The notes beneath the pieces are model-generated. The model made no database searches, had not been told where the DNA came from, and was given only the letters and a program-made list of their open reading frames with translations. A stretch of 63,412 nucleotides of DNA from an uncultured Clostridia bacterium (GTDB lineage Bacteria > Bacillota > Clostridia > TANB77 > CAG-508), in contig CALXKC010000002.1 of the NCBI GenBank assembly GCA_944388775.1, positions 1 to 63,412 of the forward strand, given 5' to 3'. The position numbers and the translations under genes were made by a program. Positions 26,701 through 33,423 of the stretch are shown here, one piece after another. Each line of letters begins with the position of its first letter. Positions within the stretch are counted from its first letter, which is position 1.

Positions 26701-28097
26701 ATTTAACTGTAACTAATAATAATGTAAGTGATACTTATATTATTATAGAAGATTATGTTCCAGACGAACTAACAATAAGAAGTGTATTATTAAATGGAGT
26801 AGAGCAAGAGTTTGATGAAAATCAAAATTATATAAATATATCTCCAGTAGAAATCGGTTCAGGTGAAACTATAACTTTAGAAATAAAAACAGTAGTAAAT
26901 TATATCGAATATATGAGTACAGACATTTCTATACAAAATAAAGTAGAAATAATAAATGTAAATGGTAATGTTCAAGAGTCAAATACAATAGAACATATAA
27001 TAGATATGTCTCAAAATAATGTAGATGATCCAAATAATCCAAATGATCCAAGTAATCCAAGCAATCCAGGTGGCACAGAAGGACAAACATATAAAATAAG
27101 AGGAAAAGTTTGGGTAGATGGAAATAATGATGGAGCAATTCAACAAGGTGAAAGTGCATTATCAAATATTAAAGTACAATTAGTAGATATTAGAACAAAT
27201 AATGTTGTAATAAATTCAAATGGAGGAGAAATAACGGCGACAACAAATACATCTGGAATTTATGAACTATCAAATATACCAAATGGAGAATATATTGTTG
27301 TATTTGAATATGATACTTTAAGATATACTACGACAGAATACCAAAAAGAAGGTGTAGCAGAAGAAAATAATTCTAAGGCTTCTTCTATGAATAAAAAAAT
27401 TAATAATGTAGAAAAAGTATATGGTATAACTGATACAATATTAATAAATGGTGAAAGTAAATCAAATATAAATATGGGATTGATTAGATTAAAAGAATTT
27501 GACTTATCACTTAAAAAGTCAGTATCTAGAGTAATAGTACAAAGTAATAAAGATACAAAAGTATATAGCTTTAATGATGAAGAATTAGCAAAAATAGAAA
27601 TGGATGCAAAAAAAATAAATGGAGTAAATCTAATTATTGAATATAAAATAGCTGTAACTAACAATGGAGAAATAGGTGGATATATAAGAAAGATTGCAGA
27701 TTATATACCAAATGGTTATGAATTTAATTCTCAATTGAATAAAGATTGGTATCAAACAGATGGGGTATTGTATAACACAAGTTTAACGAACGAAAAAATT
27801 GAAGCAGGTGATACAAAAGTATTAACATTGACACTTACAAAGAGAATGACAGAAAATGATACTGGTTCGGTAATAAATACTGCAGAAATTGCAGAAACAT
27901 ATAATGAATTAGGTATAGATGATATAAATTCAGTACCAGGTAATAAAGCACAAGGTGAAGATGATATGAGTTCAGCAGAATTAATAATCAGTATTAGAAC
28001 AGGTAAAGTAATTATATACTTTGCAATTATTATTATGATAATTCTAATAATTGGAGCAGGAGTATATTTAATAAAAACAAAGGTTTTAAATAAGTAG
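23775..28097 (+). CDS. giant surface protein C (paralog of A)
   Basis: 1440 aa with an AAAGGAGG RBS and a signal/anchor N-terminus. It is collinear with A (IYYTENENAT, RKIADYIP, NKDWYQT, AEIAE.YN.LG..DINS.PGN). The C-terminus is SIRTG, a TM helix, then KTKVLNK. Confidence 0.85.
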   Translation: MKNIGITKKILLSIFVLISIVLIFVFMVKNRVIAIEENNDVLQALDIKINQDVEKYFYISDNETILQQVINVDINNLDSNNLESINLENGSLQIKSPIIQNKVAGFATILCDGQKLGEENYKYDNQTGIVSINNLQMTDINKKYKIIYGYTNLNREETQKIELNSTLTMKQVGMEEKTVEDKKEIDLVEKGNDVSLDARITDEIYKGYLYENSNKETIYNELYEVEISNLKNVNDVRISSLGEKYTYAENDNIVEISDICNTQYKQTIFKKENLRQMLGDEGKVVILNSANEVIAQVDMNTEEQENGEIVVNYDNIDKIQIVTTKPIQEGVIYIKNTKKVNFNTRLKKEQLERIEFLEESIGANESVDTIKMKLTNPKTQILFETNREELSTMAVNEDFEMNITLKSNGTEDRLFKNPIIKITLPEEVKMVELKEKNLLYDSNLEIASIEMINKELIIRINGEQSDYNEGELIGPVVKLKMNLILDSKMPSADKEFIVQCLNANEISEQRKNVKIVSPKDVITVNTIEAAGIETAGETNQETVKLDINSEAKEMEVTSRVINNKAETIKNVNIMGNIGTDGTFLKDDKELVSNLNVEMQSLINASNENVKIYYTENENATEDLNYANNQWQENVENVENINKYLITIDQMAENEYIDFSYSMVVPENLEYNQQAYEGYSVTYEDEMQQTSNESNSTLIELTTGQGPKLQTQLKAFAGADEIDENSIIRSGGIITYQLELENVGTEDARDVLISAEVPAGTSWYNDENDSSNIVEITVDEIKVGEKITEEFFLKVDENLTNQSIITIKANVNYNNIEETSNEITNNIAPGKLTAQLMCVTAEDVTKTVGDIIEYKLILNNLGNQDLTELRLKWNISDSYEIVNQTIDGNSSEVNGEETLIDVLQANSSMEIRVFLRILDFEENSKMLEVSAQILDGNESYTSQVHKIRAYNTNNFDIELSANNPNGYVKVDDEINYNLTVTNNNVSDTYIIIEDYVPDELTIRSVLLNGVEQEFDENQNYINISPVEIGSGETITLEIKTVVNYIEYMSTDISIQNKVEIINVNGNVQESNTIEHIIDMSQNNVDDPNNPNDPSNPSNPGGTEGQTYKIRGKVWVDGNNDGAIQQGESALSNIKVQLVDIRTNNVVINSNGGEITATTNTSGIYELSNIPNGEYIVVFEYDTLRYTTTEYQKEGVAEENNSKASSMNKKINNVEKVYGITDTILINGESKSNINMGLIRLKEFDLSLKKSVSRVIVQSNKDTKVYSFNDEELAKIEMDAKKINGVNLIIEYKIAVTNNGEIGGYIRKIADYIPNGYEFNSQLNKDWYQTDGVLYNTSLTNEKIEAGDTKVLTLTLTKRMTENDTGSVINTAEIAETYNELGIDDINSVPGNKAQGEDDMSSAELIISIRTGKVIIYFAIIIMIILIIGAGVYLIKTKVLNK

Positions 28098-28113
28098 TTT
28101 GAAAGGAGGAGCT

Positions 28114-31100
28114 ATGAAAAGGAAATTAATTATTAGTATATTGCTATTAATGAGTCTATTCTTAATATTAAATTTAAATGAAGTAAGTGCATTTTATAGT
28201 ATAGGTACTAAACTAACTGTTGATGTAGCACGTGAGACATATGCAGATCTAGATTTGAATGGACCTAATGCAATTACGTATTGTATCCAAGCAGGACAGC
28301 CTGTAAACTCTGGTACTCAATATACAGTTACTAGATATGCATATATAAATGGAAGAGCAGCTAATATTAATATTGGAAACAATGTAAATGGAAACTATGT
28401 AGATGGAGAGACAAAATATATAGAATGTGATGAAAATGCAATAATGGCATATATAATCAGTCAACCAAATGGAGACGGAAGTCAACATCAAAACGGAATA
28501 TATTCAGCAAAACAAAAAGCTATTTATAATTATTTTGCTACATGGGCTAATAGAGTGGGATTTGATGAGAATCTGGGTATAACTAGTGGTTGGTATGGTG
28601 ATGATCCAGAAGTGATAACAATTCTTAATAATGCTAGAGAATATGCTAAGTCACTAACTACACAAACAGCAAGTATAAAAAATAATAATGCTGTTGAGGA
28701 TAGCTTTAGTAAGCAATTGTATGAATATCAAGGGCAAGAATATATAAAGGTAGGACCTTTTAATTGGACATTTACTGGAAATCTTGATAGTGTAAATGTA
28801 TATGATCAAAATAATAAACAACTAAGCGTAAAATATGCTAAATATGATGGTGGAAATCTAAAAATTTCAGACAGTGCTTCTGGAATTATAAAATCAGATA
28901 CTGGTTTTTATATATTAATAAATGCAAAAGATAATGTAGAAAAAATAAGCAAAATAACAGCTAAAGTAAAAGCAACTAAAAATGTTATCAAAGCAGAAAT
29001 CATAGGTCTAGAAACAGATGCAACAACTAATGGATTAGAGGATCAAAATCTAATTGCGATTAATATGGTTGCAAATACAGAGCAACAGAATACAGAAGCG
29101 TCTTTGGAAATGAATGATATAAATTTACTAGGAAGTATAAGCGTATTAAAAAGAGATTCGATAACAGAAAATACCTTAGATAATGTTTATTTTACAATAA
29201 GAATGTTAACAGGAAGTAAAGCTGGACAATATGTTAGTGTAGATGATAATGGAAATGCTGTATATACAACTGAAGAAGCTAGAGTAAAAACAGTAAACGG
29301 ACTAATTAATATACAAAATGCATATTTTGGTGAATATGAATTAACCGAGGTTGAAAATGAAAATTATGGATATGAAGATTTACCAAGAGTAATAGGAACA
29401 TATAGTGTTAATTTGTTTAATACTGTACAAGATGATAAAAGAGTTATAAAAGATGGGGTTTACGAAATTGAATCGGCATTAGACTCTAATAAAGTTGTAG
29501 ATTTATTTAGTGCTTTAACAGACAATGGTACAAATATACAGTTATATACAAGAAATAATACATATGCACAAAGATTCTATGTTAAATATATTGGAGATGG
29601 ATATTATAAGATAATATCACTTATTCCAAATAAAAATCTAGAAGTAGCAAATGGTGGTACTGAGCCAGGTACAAATGTATGGGTTTATGAAGATAATGAT
29701 ACAGATTCTCAGAAATGGAGATTACAAGATGCTGGAAATGGATATTATAATATAATTTCAAAGCTTAATGGATTATGTTTGGATGTAGATGATGCATTGA
29801 CAGCAGATGGAACTAATATAAAAGTTTTTACTGCTAATTATTCAAATGCACAAAAATTTAAATTTAATAATTTAGACAACAGTATGGATGGTAATACAAA
29901 TGGTACTGTACAAGTGGTAGTTGAAAATACAAGGAAATATATACAAGTATCAGGATATGTATGGGAAGATATGATAAGTAGCAAATCTACAGTAAGAGAT
30001 TATTTATATACAGAGCCAGACACAGATGAAGAAAATAGAGATAGATTAGTAGCAAATGTTACAGTAAAACTTAAAGACAGTGAAGGAAATGCAGTTAACT
30101 TTAAGATATTAAATGAGAATGGAGAGTATGAAGAAGTACTAGAAACTAAAACAGATGAAAATGGCTCATATAGAATGTATGACATTTTAATTGATGAGAT
30201 AGATAATTACTATGTTGAATTTACATACAATGGAATGAGTTATACAACTGTTCCAATAGTAGATATAAGTTATAACAACGCTTCAAAAGCATTAGAAGGA
30301 GACGAAAGAACAAGATTTAACAATGAGTATGCACAAATAACAGATGATGAAAATAATGTTCAAAATGTGGGTCAAGCAAATAATAGTAATGGTGAAATGT
30401 CATATAATATAAATTATGATTATGACACACAAAGTCAAAAGAGTAGTGTTAATTATGGACCAAATTCTGAATATGGTTATGATGGCCAAAGCTTCCCAAT
30501 TAATGGAACAGACGAGCAATATTTGATAACAGCAACAACATATAATGGTTATGTATCTGCAGGTGGAAGTGGATATTTATCAGATATATATACAGCAGAA
30601 TATATTAAGCAAAATGGAATAACTGAAATAGAAAATATTAATATGGGATTGTATCAAAGAGAACAACCAGATTTATCAGTTGCAAAAGATATAGAAAGAG
30701 CAAATGTAAGTGTAGCAGGAGCAGAACATATATATATATATGCTGATAGATTTAATGAAGAATTATGGAGTAAAAATGGTTTGTATGGAGTAGAAGCAAA
30801 TGACTTAGAACCTCAAGTAAAATTCCAACAAGAAGGGGCATATGGTTCAATGTCATATACAAGGTATTTATATGCATCAGATATTATGTATAAAGATGGA
30901 GAAAATGCGGACGATAAGTTGAGTGTAAAAATGACATATGCAATTTCTGTAAAAAATCAAGCAACTACATTGAATGCTCAAATATATGAATTAGAGGATT
31001 ATTACGACACTAAATATGTTGATATTTTAGGCATAGGAACAGAAATGAATTCAGATGGAAGTATAAAAGAAGGAACAGAAATAGAATATTATGAATCAGG

Positions 31101-33144
31101 AGAAAGTATTGGAAATTATAATAAGATAGTAATTGGAGAAAATAATGAACCAATTTTAGAACTTGAACCTCAAACTAAAAAATATATTTATGTACAATTA
31201 GAAGTAAATAGAGATAATATTAAAGATATCTTAGAAGGAAATGTAGATGTTAAACTAGATAATGTAGTAGAAATAAATAAATATGGAACTACTATTGTAA
31301 ATGAACAAGGACAAGAAGAAATATATGCAGGGATAGATAAAGATTCACAACCAGGAAATATGGATGTAACAGATAGAACAACATATGAAGATGATACAGA
31401 TAGTGCACCTGGAATGATGTTAAAATTACAAGAAGAAAGACAGATAAATGGTAAAGTTTTCTTAGATGAAGATGAAAATGCATTAGATGCAGGAAAGCGT
31501 ACACATGCTGGAGTAGAAAGACAAGGTGATGGAAAATATACTAAAGGTGAAAACTCTATCAAAAATGTTCAGGTAACTCTAAAAAATCCAGATGGAAGTA
31601 CAGCACAGTTCTATAATGAAGATACTGGAAATTTTGAAGATGCAGTAACTTATACAGATGAAAATGGTGATTATACATTTGAAGGATTTGTACCAGGTGA
31701 TTATTACATAACATATACATGGGGCGGAGATATAGTAAATGGAGAAAATTCAACATATATTGATGCTGGAGGAAATGAACAAACTATAAATGTTCAAAAT
31801 TATAAGAGTACAGTCGTAAATGAAACAGTATGGAACCAAAAAGAATCAAATGATCAATGGTATAAAGATAGTTTTAAACAAAATTATGATGGAATAGAAT
31901 GGGACTCTTCAACTGGAACAGATATAAGAAATTCAGATGCAGTTGATGATTGGAACAAAAGACTAGAAATAGACAATGAGATAGGAGAAGTAACATATAG
32001 TGAAACACAAAAATTAGAAAATACTTATAATGGAAATCCAGATGGAGGAGAAACATATACTAATATTCAAATGGATTCAAATACGCCAGAATTTGTTGTA
32101 AACCTTGAATATTCAGACACAACTAAAGAAAATCCAGATACAAATACTACTGATCAAAGAGATGAATTTGAGCAAAATGCAGATGGAACATTAGCTAAAG
32201 ATCAAAATGGTGACTATATATCAAATGGATATTTTACAAATACTTTAAAAAATATAGACTTTGGAATTATAGAAAGAGCAAGGCAAATATTAGAATTAGA
32301 TAAAGAAATAACAGCAGTAAAAATAACTTTAGCAAATTCAAATGTAATAGTAAATGCTCAGTTAGAAGATGGAAAATTAAAAGATTTTGCACAATATGTA
32401 ACAGTAATACCACCTTCAAATGCAAATAGTGGACAAATAAAAGTTGAAGTAGACCAAGAGATAATACAAGGAGCAACACTTAATGTAGAATATGGATTAA
32501 AAGTAACAAATAGTAGTGAGCTAGATTATCAAACACAAGAATTCTATATGTATGGAGTGGGATACGGAGAGAATGAATCTGCACTTGTAACGTTACAACC
32601 ATCACTATTAATAGATTACGTAGATAGTAATATGTCAATAGATGATAGTGATTCTAATAGTTGGACTGGAATTGCACAAGCGGATAGAGCAGATTACTTA
32701 TATGATGTTAATAGTAACCCAGATGGATTATTGTCTAAAGATTTGGAAAGCACATTAAATAGTACAATTAGGGTTGTAACAACAGAACAATTAAAAAATA
32801 TTGAATTAAAACCTATAGGAAATGAAGTTGATACAAGTGCAACAGCGAAGTTAAATGCACAAAGATTGTTATCGAATAATGATGAAACATTCTTAGAAAA
32901 TCATGCTGAAATTATAAGAGTTACTAGAAATCACGGTGGTCCAGTATTAATTACAACACCAGGAAACTATGTACCAGGAAATACTTATACATCAGAAGAA
33001 GATGATTCAGAATCACCAAGTGTAACAGTAGTTCCACCAACAGGATTAACAACAAATACTATTTCATATATTATAATTGCAATAAGTTCACTAGGAATAC
33101 TAGTTGCAGGAATAATCTTAATTAAGAAATTTGTGATTAAATAG
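28114..33144 (+). CDS. giant surface protein D (paralog of B with an inserted ricin-type lectin domain)
   Basis: ATG at 28114 follows the AAAGGAGG RBS; the track start at 28099 (TTG) is rejected. Signal peptide ..NEVSA/FY. It has the TYCIQAGQ motif and a beta-trefoil with three Q.[WF] motifs. It is collinear with B (GPFNWTF, GLYQREQPDL, YAGIDKDSQPG, NIDFGIIERA). The C-terminus is VPPTG, a TM helix, then KKFVIK. Confidence 0.85.
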   Translation: MKRKLIISILLLMSLFLILNLNEVSAFYSIGTKLTVDVARETYADLDLNGPNAITYCIQAGQPVNSGTQYTVTRYAYINGRAANINIGNNVNGNYVDGETKYIECDENAIMAYIISQPNGDGSQHQNGIYSAKQKAIYNYFATWANRVGFDENLGITSGWYGDDPEVITILNNAREYAKSLTTQTASIKNNNAVEDSFSKQLYEYQGQEYIKVGPFNWTFTGNLDSVNVYDQNNKQLSVKYAKYDGGNLKISDSASGIIKSDTGFYILINAKDNVEKISKITAKVKATKNVIKAEIIGLETDATTNGLEDQNLIAINMVANTEQQNTEASLEMNDINLLGSISVLKRDSITENTLDNVYFTIRMLTGSKAGQYVSVDDNGNAVYTTEEARVKTVNGLINIQNAYFGEYELTEVENENYGYEDLPRVIGTYSVNLFNTVQDDKRVIKDGVYEIESALDSNKVVDLFSALTDNGTNIQLYTRNNTYAQRFYVKYIGDGYYKIISLIPNKNLEVANGGTEPGTNVWVYEDNDTDSQKWRLQDAGNGYYNIISKLNGLCLDVDDALTADGTNIKVFTANYSNAQKFKFNNLDNSMDGNTNGTVQVVVENTRKYIQVSGYVWEDMISSKSTVRDYLYTEPDTDEENRDRLVANVTVKLKDSEGNAVNFKILNENGEYEEVLETKTDENGSYRMYDILIDEIDNYYVEFTYNGMSYTTVPIVDISYNNASKALEGDERTRFNNEYAQITDDENNVQNVGQANNSNGEMSYNINYDYDTQSQKSSVNYGPNSEYGYDGQSFPINGTDEQYLITATTYNGYVSAGGSGYLSDIYTAEYIKQNGITEIENINMGLYQREQPDLSVAKDIERANVSVAGAEHIYIYADRFNEELWSKNGLYGVEANDLEPQVKFQQEGAYGSMSYTRYLYASDIMYKDGENADDKLSVKMTYAISVKNQATTLNAQIYELEDYYDTKYVDILGIGTEMNSDGSIKEGTEIEYYESGESIGNYNKIVIGENNEPILELEPQTKKYIYVQLEVNRDNIKDILEGNVDVKLDNVVEINKYGTTIVNEQGQEEIYAGIDKDSQPGNMDVTDRTTYEDDTDSAPGMMLKLQEERQINGKVFLDEDENALDAGKRTHAGVERQGDGKYTKGENSIKNVQVTLKNPDGSTAQFYNEDTGNFEDAVTYTDENGDYTFEGFVPGDYYITYTWGGDIVNGENSTYIDAGGNEQTINVQNYKSTVVNETVWNQKESNDQWYKDSFKQNYDGIEWDSSTGTDIRNSDAVDDWNKRLEIDNEIGEVTYSETQKLENTYNGNPDGGETYTNIQMDSNTPEFVVNLEYSDTTKENPDTNTTDQRDEFEQNADGTLAKDQNGDYISNGYFTNTLKNIDFGIIERARQILELDKEITAVKITLANSNVIVNAQLEDGKLKDFAQYVTVIPPSNANSGQIKVEVDQEIIQGATLNVEYGLKVTNSSELDYQTQEFYMYGVGYGENESALVTLQPSLLIDYVDSNMSIDDSDSNSWTGIAQADRADYLYDVNSNPDGLLSKDLESTLNSTIRVVTTEQLKNIELKPIGNEVDTSATAKLNAQRLLSNNDETFLENHAEIIRVTRNHGGPVLITTPGNYVPGNTYTSEEDDSESPSVTVVPPTGLTTNTISYIIIAISSLGILVAGIILIKKFVIK

Positions 33145-33187
33145 GGACGTGCCAAAGCGTTTCAAAATGAAACAAAAGGGACAGACC
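33144..33187 (+). repeat. GGGAC-box repeat, type 2
   Basis: Sequence is gggacgtgccaaagcgtttcaaaatgaaacaaaagggacagacc, immediately after the TAG stop of gene D. It matches both arms of the 41696-41813 element. Confidence 0.85.
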
Positions 33188-33200
33188 TTGATGTAAATAA

Positions 33201-33233
33201 AAAACTATTGAAATAATTTTCAGTAGTTTTTTC
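33201..33233 (+). terminator. Rho-independent terminator after gene D
   Basis: Stem aaaactattgaaa / tttcagtagtttt (one G-U pair) followed by a T-run. Confidence 0.7.
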
Positions 33234-33243
33234 TATTGCTTTT

Positions 33244-33250
33244 TTCGACA
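33244..33250 (-). promoter_or_regulatory. candidate Spo0A box upstream of spoIIE
   Basis: ttcgaca (reverse complement TGTCGAA) in the context gcttttttcgacaatatg, about 175 nt upstream of the spoIIE ATG. spoIIE is a classical Spo0A-activated gene in Bacillus. Confidence 0.45.
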
Positions 33251-33423
33251 ATATGTAATAAAATAAAAAACGTAAAAAGAGTAAATAAAAGAAATAAAGG
33301 AAAACCTCTTAAAAAAACATAAAAAAATGTAAAAAACTTTTTTGAATTAGATTACCAAAAAAGACAAAAACCACAAAGGACAAGTAGTAAAATAAGCTTA
33401 TCAAAAACAAAGAGGTGGTAAGG

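Noticed and set aside
28099-28113. TTG start for gene D, and similar long-start options at 12865 (minC), 33415 (spoIIE), 35910 (WG-repeat), 54870 (AAA/PD-(D/E)XK), 4780 (M23) and 6809 (DUF4321)
   Set aside because: In each case a downstream ATG, TTG or GTG sits 5-11 nt after a clear AGGAGG-like RBS, whereas the track start overlaps or precedes the RBS.
16510-32479. Many 60-134-aa minus-strand and alternative-frame ORFs inside the four giant genes (e.g. 16510-16767, 24755-25102, 27260-27664, 31188-31562)
   Set aside because: All are embedded antisense or out of frame in long, paralog-supported ORFs. Their L/F/S/I-rich composition mirrors the sense-strand codon bias, and none has an RBS.
14612-33144. 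Surface-protein block as a prophage, ICE or genomic island
   Set aside because: No integrase, recombinase, tRNA attachment site, flanking direct repeats or phage/conjugation genes are visible. Composition looks like the rest of the window. An insertion is still possible but is not supported by mobility genes.
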